Shown here in pieces: positions 15,437 to 22,493 of a stretch of 37,292 bases of DNA. The notes below the pieces were generated by a model. The model was not told the origin of the DNA. It ran no database searches and saw only the letters and a program-made list of their open reading frames with translations. Position 1 is the stretch's first letter; each line of letters opens with the position of its first letter. Origin of the DNA: a virus (lineage: Duplodnaviria; Caudoviricetes); the IMG/VR virus record IMGVR_UViG_3300036833_000266, positions 1 through 37,292 of that record, one strand, 5' to 3'. A program made the position numbers and the translations under genes.

Positions 15437-16489
15437 TTATCTAACAAATACCTCGCTCTTAGTCGGCTTCGTTTTGGGTTTCTTTCTCTGCGCTTCCCAT
15501 TCCGCCCATGTGCTGGGAATACGAACGAAATTGGTTGGACTTTCTTTTTCATCTAAAAGGAACTTTTCCAATTTTGAAAATTCCGTGAAAGCATCTTCAT
15601 ACCGGCGTTTCTGTTTTGGATCAGTAACCCAATCGGGATGCAGACAAGACAGAATCAACAGGAAGACTTTTTTGGTCATAAAACCATTACGTCCCTGCAT
15701 GATTCGCTTTGCCTGATCTTGTTCAGCCTGTAACGTCGGGCCTATTCTTTTCACGAATGACTCGGTCTTCTCATGCAGATCGGAATAATAACTCGCTTGA
15801 AGCTCTCGCCTGACTCGTTCTTTTTCTCGGGCGATTGCTCTTTCCAGTTTTTCATGCTGGGACATTGAAAGCGTTTCGGGAGCAATTTCGCCGTTAGCAT
15901 CTCTAGCTCCTTCGCGCCGCATTCTTTCAAACGTAACGATGTCGCGCACCTTGCGATGACCAATTCCGACTGCCGCGGCAATTTCAGCGTAAGACAGTCC
16001 TTTATCATAAAGGGCAATGATTTCTTCCTCGGCGTAATGCGGTTTAAGAGGCTTGTCTTCCTTTTGGCTTTTCTTGTTAGGCCGCACCGCTTTGCCGGTT
16101 GCTTTCAGATTCTCTATTCGCTTGTCGAATTCCTCTTCCGAAATCTTGGCAAGTTTTTGCGCCCGACTGCTCAGGTTCAGACTAATGCCAACATCCGAGA
16201 GCTTGATTTTCCCGTTATCCTCGCCGCGGATAACGGCTCTGTCTGGATGATGATCATGCGTGATCTGTCCTGCCTTTTTGCCAGCGATGATTATCTCGCC
16301 GAGTTTGCGTTCCGCCATGAGAACGTACTCAGTAACCTTGACTTGAATCTCTTGTCCGACTTTGTGTTGCTGCGCGTACACCTTCGCGGCCGCCAGCACA
16401 TCAAGCGTGTCCTTAACTTCCTGCATAGTTGTTGCGGCTTGAATCGCTTGGTAAACAACATCCAGTTTGGCTAGTGATGTATCATCCAT
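15437..16489 (-). CDS. Multidomain DNA-binding protein: helical N-domain, central HTH, C-terminal J-domain-like HPD motif
   Basis: 'AERKLGE...LSD.GI...SSRAQKLA', 'GLSYAEIAAAVGIG...V', 'ILSCLHPD...YEDAF'. Confidence 0.65.
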   Translation of the reverse strand: MDDTSLAKLDVVYQAIQAATTMQEVKDTLDVLAAAKVYAQQHKVGQEIQVKVTEYVLMAERKLGEIIIAGKKAGQITHDHHPDRAVIRGEDNGKIKLSDVGISLNLSSRAQKLAKISEEEFDKRIENLKATGKAVRPNKKSQKEDKPLKPHYAEEEIIALYDKGLSYAEIAAAVGIGHRKVRDIVTFERMRREGARDANGEIAPETLSMSQHEKLERAIAREKERVRRELQASYYSDLHEKTESFVKRIGPTLQAEQDQAKRIMQGRNGFMTKKVFLLILSCLHPDWVTDPKQKRRYEDAFTEFSKLEKFLLDEKESPTNFVRIPSTWAEWEAQRKKPKTKPTKSEVFVR

Positions 16490-16523
16490 AAAAGTTAGCC
16501 TCGCCCCCGAAGGGGCGAGGCTA
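16490..16523 (-). terminator. Strong C(UUCG)G hairpin (terminator/attenuator) abutting a start codon
   Basis: Minus strand TAGCCTCGCCCC-TTCG-GGGGCGAGGCTA-ACTTTT-ATG; perfect 12-bp stem. Confidence 0.75.
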
Positions 16524-16528
16524 TTGGA

Positions 16529-16960
16529 TTAATCGTTATTGTTCCCATCTGGAACAATTTTGCCGTCCACTGTTTGCCGCCGTGTTTTGCGGTCAGCGTC
16601 GTAACGACGCAACACAACCCCTAATGACCTGACCAATGTTGCGAGCTTACGTTTCGCTAATGGGTGATGCTCTGGATCTTCCTTTCTCGCTGCATCACGA
16701 ATCATTTGCGCCGCTATGATATTGTCAGCACTTAGCGATCCTTCAACCGCATCTGTATCCCAAACCGCTTCTAAAAGAGCCCTGAATTCAGGGCTCTTAT
16801 TCACTAATACTTCAAGCACATCTTCAACATGATCGTTGATAGTGCGATGGCCTTGTAAGGTCCGTTGCCAGTCTTCCATTTTGGCTGGCAACTGGGTTGG
16901 ACGCGGCCTTAATTGCTGTATTTCTGTCTTACTCTCTGTTTCTGTCTCTGCTTCTATCAT
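16529..16960 (-). CDS. Hypothetical protein
   Basis: Open frame with A-rich leader in the leftward operon. Confidence 0.65.
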   Translation of the reverse strand: MIEAETETESKTEIQQLRPRPTQLPAKMEDWQRTLQGHRTINDHVEDVLEVLVNKSPEFRALLEAVWDTDAVEGSLSADNIIAAQMIRDAARKEDPEHHPLAKRKLATLVRSLGVVLRRYDADRKTRRQTVDGKIVPDGNNND

Positions 16961-17009
16961 TGTTTTCTCTTTCTGTTTTTGGCAAGCACTATGCATTGCC
17001 TATTTCTGT

Positions 17010-17159
17010 TTACCTTCTTCTTCTAAATGCTATGACGACTAACAACGCAACGATCACAGTTACAGCAATCCCTATATCTATGCGAAGTGCGCTCAGATCA
17101 TTGTGCAGCGTTGTGAATGCCTTGAGCAGTTGTTCGGTCTGTTGGGCCAGGTCAGTCAT
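17010..17159 (-). CDS. 49-aa tail-anchored membrane peptide (not in ORF track)
   Basis: MTDLAQQTEQLLKAFTTLHNDLSALRIDIGIAVTVIVALLVVIAFRRRR; ATGA overlap. Confidence 0.65.
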   Translation of the reverse strand: MTDLAQQTEQLLKAFTTLHNDLSALRIDIGIAVTVIVALLVVIAFRRRR

Positions 17160-17482
17160 GTTGCCATCCAGACTATACAAAACTTGCCAGTCGGACCTTT
17201 GCGACGTTTACCAGAATCAATGACAAAACCCTTTCGGACCAATGGCCGAATGCGCGGACTGACTGTATTCCAAAGAAGCCCTGTGAATCTCACGATTTCG
17301 TGCATGGTCAGTCCTAGTGGAAACTTTCGTAAAACGGAGAGCACCACATATTCCAAGCAGGTAGCTTTCTCGCCGGCAAGATCGTTTGCCGCGGCATGAG
17401 AAGTATCGGGATCGCTCCAGCGAGCGTGAGCTTCCCCGAACAGGTCTGGTGTCTCATCCTTGTTCTTTCTGCGATCCCTCAT
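17156..17482 (-). CDS. Winged-helix DNA-binding protein
   Basis: 'HAR.SDP.TS..AA...VL..L...T..EI...G....VSPR...L...G.V.DSG.RR...VW'. Confidence 0.75.
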   Translation of the reverse strand: MRDRRKNKDETPDLFGEAHARWSDPDTSHAAANDLAGEKATCLEYVVLSVLRKFPLGLTMHEIVRFTGLLWNTVSPRIRPLVRKGFVIDSGKRRKGPTGKFCIVWMAT

Positions 17483-17768
17483 GTTCCATGTCCCTATCGG
17501 GCATAATTCGTACAAAGCCGGCACGGGCTGCCTCGATGAAAAGAGTGCCTACGGCCGCCCGAAACATTTCCCCCGTCTGCGCGATCGGTGGGACGTTGGG
17601 CGCAACGACCTTGTCGACGCATTTAACGGTAAGGTTATAAAGGTTGGCCGCTTTCTGGAGATACCTTCGAGCTTCTTTAACACCGTCGGAAACTTCCGTT
17701 GCCGGTTTGCCTTCCATGACGGCTTTTGCCTTTTTAAATTCAGAGCCTGTCTCAGAAGGGGATTCCAT
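17454..17768 (-). CDS. Hypothetical protein
   Basis: SD GAGGAGG; overlaps neighbours in the operon. Confidence 0.6.
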   Translation of the reverse strand: MESPSETGSEFKKAKAVMEGKPATEVSDGVKEARRYLQKAANLYNLTVKCVDKVVAPNVPPIAQTGEMFRAAVGTLFIEAARAGFVRIMPDRDMEHEGSQKEQG

Positions 17769-18180
17769 CGTCGTCCTCCTCTCGAGTTGTGGCTCGAGTC
17801 GTGATCGGTGCTGATACCCTGGCCGGCTTGCTCACTGGCTGGGCAGTGGATCTCACCGGTTTGTCAGTTTTGGTCCTAACACGAATTGTATCTACGAGTT
17901 CCCCCTGAGGATTTTCCGTTTCTGTAGCGTACAGAGTAATCTTTTGACCAATCCAATCATCGAACTCAATGCTGCCGATTAATCGAGCAATGGTTCGCGC
18001 ATTGGTTTTATTACAGGTGAATCCCTTCTTAAATTCCTGAAAGTAAATGACAGGCACGGTGTCGCGGTCCCGTCCGACTTCCTCGAGACTGATGCTCTCG
18101 ATTGTGACTTGCTGCGAACCTTCGTCTGGGAGGTCGCCGACTTTAAGATATCTGCTGGGATAGGCATCGTTGATGTTCAT
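17752..18180 (-). CDS. Putative single-stranded DNA-binding protein
   Basis: 'YPS.YLK..DL...VTI...NKTNA..I...DDW.G..I.L...IRV' and SSB-type acidic tail EEDDDGIPF. Confidence 0.75.
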   Translation of the reverse strand: MNINDAYPSRYLKVGDLPDEGSQQVTIESISLEEVGRDRDTVPVIYFQEFKKGFTCNKTNARTIARLIGSIEFDDWIGQKITLYATETENPQGELVDTIRVRTKTDKPVRSTAQPVSKPARVSAPITTRATTREEDDDGIPF

Positions 18181-18434
18181 TCGCTGTAGTTCCTTCCTAC
18201 CTCTTCCGAGAGGCTCATGGTGTTATCGTCATTAGTTGTGGGGCTTTCCCCGAGAGGCAGTTCCGCTTGCTTATGTTTTGACTCCCGCCGGCGCGGGAGC
18301 AGTGCTGCCTCGGTCAGGATGTACTCAAGTTCAATGAATGCCTTTGTTGCTGGGCTAGGGATCATCATTCCTTGGGCAATGATGTTCCAGCGTTGTGCGA
18401 TCTTGCGCTTGAGCGCGTTGTTACCAGTGCTCAC
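18177..18434 (-). CDS. Hypothetical protein
   Basis: Coupled by 4-nt overlaps on both sides. Confidence 0.6.
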   Translation of the reverse strand: MSTGNNALKRKIAQRWNIIAQGMMIPSPATKAFIELEYILTEAALLPRRRESKHKQAELPLGESPTTNDDNTMSLSEEVGRNYSE

Positions 18435-18685
18435 TTGAGCGTCCTTCCGTTTAGTTTTGGCTGAAGCGTTCGCCGCGACTGATATGCTTCGATGTCAGCG
18501 AGGCGAACGTGATGGCTATGTTTGCCGTGAATGATTACGGGCAAATTCGCGCGAACCCAGAGCGGCGTTTTTTTAAGTAGCTGCGCAGCACCAGGAACAG
18601 TCACTTCTTCTACCGCAGCTTCACGGCGAATACGTTCCTTCAACCGATCGATCTCGCGCTCCAATTGCCTCAGTGCAGTTGTCAT
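18431..18685 (-). CDS. Excisionase-like HTH protein, copy A
   Basis: 'VTVPGAAQLLKKTPLWVR...VRLADIEAY'; SD AAAGG; paralog of 20712-21032. Confidence 0.7.
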   Translation of the reverse strand: MTTALRQLEREIDRLKERIRREAAVEEVTVPGAAQLLKKTPLWVRANLPVIIHGKHSHHVRLADIEAYQSRRTLQPKLNGRTLK

Positions 18686-18912
18686 CTGAGGAGTGCCTTT
18701 TTGAGTCGTCGGCGTTTTACTGTGATGCGGCGGCGAGGGTCACCATCGTCCACAGCCGATATCATCCCCTCAAAGAGCCGACCAATTGAGATGTGTCGCT
18801 CCCAGGCGAGCTTGGAGGCTCGCGCTTTGGCAACGGGATCCACCAATAAGTTGAGCTTTTCACCTGTGATTTGCCTTCGCGGCCGACCTCTTTTTTTCGC
18901 TCTTGTCTGCAT
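18682..18912 (-). CDS. Ribbon-helix-helix regulator 1 with AT-hook-like KRGRPR (Cro-like position)
   Basis: 'KLNLLVDP..KARA.KLA.ER..SIGRLFE..I'; first gene of leftward operon. Confidence 0.75.
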   Translation of the reverse strand: MQTRAKKRGRPRRQITGEKLNLLVDPVAKARASKLAWERHISIGRLFEGMISAVDDGDPRRRITVKRRRLKKALLR

Positions 18913-19083
18913 CGCAGTGAGGGTTTTTCCCACCAAAATTTCCGGTGCATTTTATATGCGTAATGCGCAGACAATTGACAAGAAAAAACTTGCACTTACT
19001 ATTTTATGGCGTATAAAAATCGAAACTTGCCCATGTGAATCCCGTATTAATTCTTGCCGGGACTTTTCTTCAACCTGCTCCTT
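18913..19083. promoter_or_regulatory. Divergent control (immunity) region
   Basis: AT-rich; TTGACA-16-TACTAT (18975-19002), TTGCAC-16-TATAAA (18990-19017); near-palindrome TTTTAT-GGCGT-ATAAAA (19002-19018) and related ATTTTATATGCGTAATG (18949). Confidence 0.65.
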
Positions 19084-19329
19084 ATGCCTCAAAAACAACA
19101 ACCGAAACGTGTGTTTGTAGCCCATTCCAAACGTGATAAGCGTTTGGTGAAACAGTTGAAACAGAAGTTGAGCCTGACGGTAACGCCGGCGAGTCGAGCT
19201 AAAGCAGAACGGGTCGCCGCAAGAGAACACCGCAGTGTGTCCTCACTATTCGAGCATTTGATCGATTTGGAATTTCGAAAGATTGCCGGGACTAGGAGCA
19301 AACGGCGAAGCAATCCTGCTTTCGCTTAA
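19084..19329 (+). CDS. Ribbon-helix-helix regulator 2 (repressor-like position)
   Basis: 'KQKLSLTVTP..RAKAE.VA..E.RSVSSLFE.LI'. Confidence 0.75.
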   Translation: MPQKQQPKRVFVAHSKRDKRLVKQLKQKLSLTVTPASRAKAERVAAREHRSVSSLFEHLIDLEFRKIAGTRSKRRSNPAFA

Positions 19330-19511
19330 GAGATGAAGATCAAAAGTTCGTCTGCGTCTTCGATCAGTCGCTCGAATAGTTGCGCCACCGTGATCCCGTA
19401 CATGGCCGCTAGCAGCAGTGCCTTCTTGTTCGAGTCATCCGATATTCGCAAATCCAAACGTTCACGCGATGGCTCTTGCAAGCCGACAAATCGTCGCGGT
19501 CGTTCAGGCAT
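19326..19511 (-). CDS. Ribbon-helix-helix regulator 3
   Basis: 'RLDLRISD....KA..LA...GITVAQLFERLI'; divergent from integrase. Confidence 0.7.
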   Translation of the reverse strand: MPERPRRFVGLQEPSRERLDLRISDDSNKKALLLAAMYGITVAQLFERLIEDADELLIFIS

Positions 19512-19584
19512 TGGGGATAAAGAGTGTGTGGGACGGAACCTTATCACTAGCCGGTTCGCTTCTGGTTAACAAGGCATTTTTAAA

Positions 19585-20715
19585 ATGAAAATTGGTCACA
19601 TAAAAATTATCGTTCGCCAGTACGCCGATGGACGCTGGGGGTTTGATGATTATTCACAGGGCGAGCGGCGAATGGTACGGTTCGGGAGCAAAGAGAAAGC
19701 CGAGGCGCGAGCCACTGATATTGCTGTTCTTCTGGCAAACGGTCGCAACGATCTGCTCGACATCGATCTCGCGGAACTGGCAGAATTTAGGGCATGGAAA
19801 GTCGAGCGTAGTCGCAGCCGGCCATTCGGGGAACTGTGCAATGAATTTCTGCAGGTTAAATCCACGACGAGCAGTCGTCACTTTCGATCGCTTACAAACG
19901 ACATCAGACTGTTTGAGCAATTCATTGGATCTACACGACCGATAGCAACGATCTTGGCACCAGAGATCCAACGTTTCCTTGATTCACGCAGTGCCGGGAT
20001 GCGTCGGAAAGCAAATCTGCGAGCAGCAGTCGTCAACCTGTTCTCCTGGGCGAGACGAATGTCCTATCTGGATCGGGATCGCACAACTGAAGCAGAGAAA
20101 GTCGACCGCATTAAAATCGCGCCAGGCGAAGCAAATATTATCACGGCAGATCAAATGCGAACGCTGATCGGAAACGTTCAACAGCATTTTATGCCGTGGC
20201 TTTTGATCGGCGCATTCGCCGGCATTCGCTCGGAGGAAATCGCGCCTGATCCAGATTCGAAAAAGTCGCCACTGATGTGGGAAGATTTTGATTGGAAACA
20301 CAATATTATTATCGTTCGGGCGGCGACAGCCAAAACGCGTCAGGAACGCGAGGTGCCGATTCTACCCAATCTGGCTCAGTGGCTGGCGCAGTATCGTTCG
20401 GCAAATGGTCCAGTCCTTGGCGATGCCGAACAACCCAGCAAACGAGAAGCCACGCGCATCGGGGAATTCATCGGCGGCTGGAAACACAATTGTCTGCGAG
20501 ACTCATTCTGTTCGTATCGGACGCGAATGACGCAGAACGTTCCGCAGGTTTCCTACGAGATGGGCAACTCAATCCCGATGGTCAAACGTTCTTATCATCG
20601 TCGCCAGCCAGTCCAGGCCGCTCGCGAATGGTTCAATATTCGACCGGCGAAAAGGTCTTCTAATCTGGTACTTTTTGATACTTCAAAAGCTCAGAGGACG
20701 AAAAACGTCCATTGA
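19585..20715 (+). CDS. int: Tyrosine recombinase / phage integrase
   Basis: AGIRSEE (R), AKT (K), HNCLRDSF.SY, MGNS, RSY (Y); attP-like site downstream. Confidence 0.93.
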   Translation: MKIGHIKIIVRQYADGRWGFDDYSQGERRMVRFGSKEKAEARATDIAVLLANGRNDLLDIDLAELAEFRAWKVERSRSRPFGELCNEFLQVKSTTSSRHFRSLTNDIRLFEQFIGSTRPIATILAPEIQRFLDSRSAGMRRKANLRAAVVNLFSWARRMSYLDRDRTTEAEKVDRIKIAPGEANIITADQMRTLIGNVQQHFMPWLLIGAFAGIRSEEIAPDPDSKKSPLMWEDFDWKHNIIIVRAATAKTRQEREVPILPNLAQWLAQYRSANGPVLGDAEQPSKREATRIGEFIGGWKHNCLRDSFCSYRTRMTQNVPQVSYEMGNSIPMVKRSYHRRQPVQAAREWFNIRPAKRSSNLVLFDTSKAQRTKNVH

Positions 20716-21032
20716 TTACGACTGCATTGAGGCAACTAGAGCGCGAGATCGACCGGCTCAAGAAACGTATTGGGCGTGAGGCTGACAGATTTGCTGGCAT
20801 ACAAGAACTGACTGTTCCTGATGCAGCAAGATTACTTAAAAAAACTCCGCGATGGGTTCGTGCAAATTTACCCGTAGTCGTTTACAGCAAACGCAGTCAT
20901 CATGTACGCCTTGCTGACATTGAAACGTTCCAGGCACGGCGCATTCTCGAGCCATCGCGCGATCGCCAGTGCAAACAGCAAAGTTTGGTACTAAAGTACC
21001 AACCGAAAAAAAGTACCAAAAAGTACCAATAA
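20712..21032 (+). CDS. Excisionase-like HTH protein, copy B
   Basis: Clear paralog of 18431-18685; TTGA overlap with int stop; 3' end runs into att arm repeats. Confidence 0.65.
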   Translation: MITTALRQLEREIDRLKKRIGREADRFAGIQELTVPDAARLLKKTPRWVRANLPVVVYSKRSHHVRLADIETFQARRILEPSRDRQCKQQSLVLKYQPKKSTKKYQ

Positions 21033-21197
21033 AATGATACCAAGCCAACTGTTTGAGAACCACCGACGATCTTCCTCACCTATGAAACACGATTTTGCCT
21101 GGGTAGCCAAAGCGGATTCAAATCCCGCCCCCGCAATACCCCATTTTCATAGGTAAACTCGTTAGACCAACAAAAAAAAGTATCAGAAAAGTACCAA
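20985..21197. mobile_element. attP: tRNA-fMet 3'-end core flanked by integrase arm-type repeats
   Basis: Core TTCAAATCCCGCCCCCGCAA (21117-21136) equals T-loop to discriminator of bacterial initiator tRNA; AAAGTACCAA at 20993, 21010, 21020, 21188, inverted at 20985, variant at 21177. Confidence 0.85.
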
Positions 21198-21241
21198 ATT
21201 TTGGTTGCGCTGGGCAATAACGGGGCGTAACGATTTAGTCC

Positions 21242-21469
21242 GTGACTGAGCACCATCTGCCAGCCGGCGAATCTTTTCCCGTCTGGCAACTCGCTCAATT
21301 GTTTCATGTCTCGGATCAGCACCTGGTCAACTTAATCGAGGAAGGCGAGCTCTACGCGTTTGATTTGCGCGGGAAATCCTCGAGTCGTTCGTGTGTCCGA
21401 ATTCCTCGCAACGCACTGATCGAATTCCTCCAAAGACGCCAACTCAAGGATGGCAAAATCATAGTTTGA
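21242..21469 (+). CDS. Excisionase-family (HTH_17-like) protein
   Basis: 'V.QLAQLFHVS.QHL.NLIEEGEL.A....RIPR.AL.EFL.RR'; next to attP. Confidence 0.8.
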   Translation: MTEHHLPAGESFPVWQLAQLFHVSDQHLVNLIEEGELYAFDLRGKSSSRSCVRIPRNALIEFLQRRQLKDGKIIV

Positions 21470-21499
21470 CTTCCATGCTGGCCGCTGCTAACGGTTAGC
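21466..21499 (+). promoter_or_regulatory. Promoter P3 overlapped by perfect operator O3a (GCTAACGGTTAGC, 21487-21499)
   Basis: TTGACT-17-TAACGG with TG extension (imperfect -10); palindrome ends 2 nt before ATG 21502. Confidence 0.65.
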
Positions 21500-21501
21500 T
21501 C

Positions 21502-21663
21502 ATGGATGAAAAAGAGTTGATCAGACAAGCCATGTCTGTGCTCGGCAGCCGAACGAGCGAACGCAAGAAAGCCAGTTCTCGAGCGAACGCGAAGCTGCCG
21601 CGGAAGCGCGGGAAGAAAAAAAGGGTTGCGACTAGCAAACTGATGGCTAATGTGGCGGCCTAA
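21502..21663 (+). CDS. 53-aa basic protein, candidate repressor (not in ORF track)
   Basis: MDEKELIRQAMSVLGSRTSERKKASSRANAKLPRKRGKKKRVATSKLMANVAA; TAATG overlap with next gene. Confidence 0.7.
   Translation: MDEKELIRQAMSVLGSRTSERKKASSRANAKLPRKRGKKKRVATSKLMANVAA
21626..21653 (+). promoter_or_regulatory. Promoter P4 with degenerate operator O3b in the spacer
   Basis: TTGCGA-16 bp-TAATGT; GCAAACTGATGGC at 21635-21647, same register as P1 and P2; ATG 9 nt after the -10. Confidence 0.55.
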
Positions 21664-21872
21664 TGAACATAATTGATCTGCTAGTACAGCAACCGTGGCT
21701 CATATTGCCGTTGGTGGTGTTAATCTTCGCAGCGATCTGGGGCGCAATCGGCGTCGTAATCGCCGAGAAGTCAGGGAATCGCGCAAGTGTCGGATTTGTT
21801 TGTGGCGCAGTCGCTGGTCCGTTGGGCTTGTTTATTCTATGGCTGGACCGCAACAATCCAGTGAATAAATGA
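21663..21872 (+). CDS. Small membrane protein (2 TM)
   Basis: 'G..IAEKSG....GF..G...GPLG..IL'. Confidence 0.75.
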   Translation: MNIIDLLVQQPWLILPLVVLIFAAIWGAIGVVIAEKSGNRASVGFVCGAVAGPLGLFILWLDRNNPVNK

Positions 21873-22081
21873 AAGTTGAAGAGATCAAATTATTGGTAGA
21901 ACGCGAACCGTTTCGTCCGTTCCGCATCCGCTTATCTAATGGTGCGACTTATTCATTCAACGAACGTCGCGATGTCGGTGCTCCGCGAAAGCTCTCTCAT
22001 ACGCTGGTCTATTTTGGCGAGACAGAACTTGCCCTGATCGATATCGAAAACATCGTAGAAATTTTCAACGGATCAGAATGA
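21869..22081 (+). CDS. Small beta-rich protein, 'PF.PFRI.L..G..Y' family, paralog 1
   Basis: 'LVEREPFRPFRIRLSNGATY...IDIENIVEI'. Confidence 0.75.
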   Translation: MKVEEIKLLVEREPFRPFRIRLSNGATYSFNERRDVGAPRKLSHTLVYFGETELALIDIENIVEIFNGSE

Positions 22082-22308
22082 TTTCGAACAAACACATTTT
22101 GCAATACGTTAAGGAAGACGTCCCGTTCACCATTTATTTAACTGATGGCCGCAAATTCCTGGTGAAGGACAGGCATTGGATTAGCACACATCCTTCCGGC
22201 CAGAGTAGTACAATCATTGTTTACGGACCGGATCCTGGGTCTTTCGATTTGATTTCACTTCTCGCCATTACCAGTATTGGCCGGAACGGTAGCAAACATT
22301 CAAAATGA
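22078..22308 (+). CDS. Small beta-rich protein, same family, paralog 2
   Basis: 'VPFTIYLTDGRKF.V...ISLLAITSI'. Confidence 0.75.
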   Translation: MISNKHILQYVKEDVPFTIYLTDGRKFLVKDRHWISTHPSGQSSTIIVYGPDPGSFDLISLLAITSIGRNGSKHSK

Positions 22309-22493
22309 AATACATCGTCATCATCAGTGTAGCAGCAGGAATCTTGCTCGGCTGGTGGTTTGTTCGAGACTGCGAGCGGTACGACGACGAGCACTTCGCC
22401 GTCAACGATGATTATCAGCACTGGACTCTCGCCGGCTGGAATCGGTGGAAAGAACTCCATCGGGATCGACCGGCGGAACCGCAAGATCAATGA
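22305..22493 (+). CDS. Small N-anchored membrane protein
   Basis: N-terminal hydrophobic helix; ATGA overlaps. Confidence 0.65.
   Translation: MKYIVIISVAAGILLGWWFVRDCERYDDEHFAVNDDYQHWTLAGWNRWKELHRDRPAEPQDQ

Noticed and set aside
15437-16489. DNA methyltransferase
   Set aside because: The N-terminal region resembles domains often fused to phage methylases, but no DPPY/DPPW or SAM-binding motif is present.
20485-20600. Inactive integrase (NCLRD and MGNS instead of HxLRH and LGH)
   Set aside because: Both Arg, the Lys and the Tyr are intact, His substitutions are tolerated in this family, and attP is intact.
21090-21140. Complete tRNA gene
   Set aside because: Only the T-arm and 3' acceptor strand are present; no D or anticodon arm could be folded upstream.
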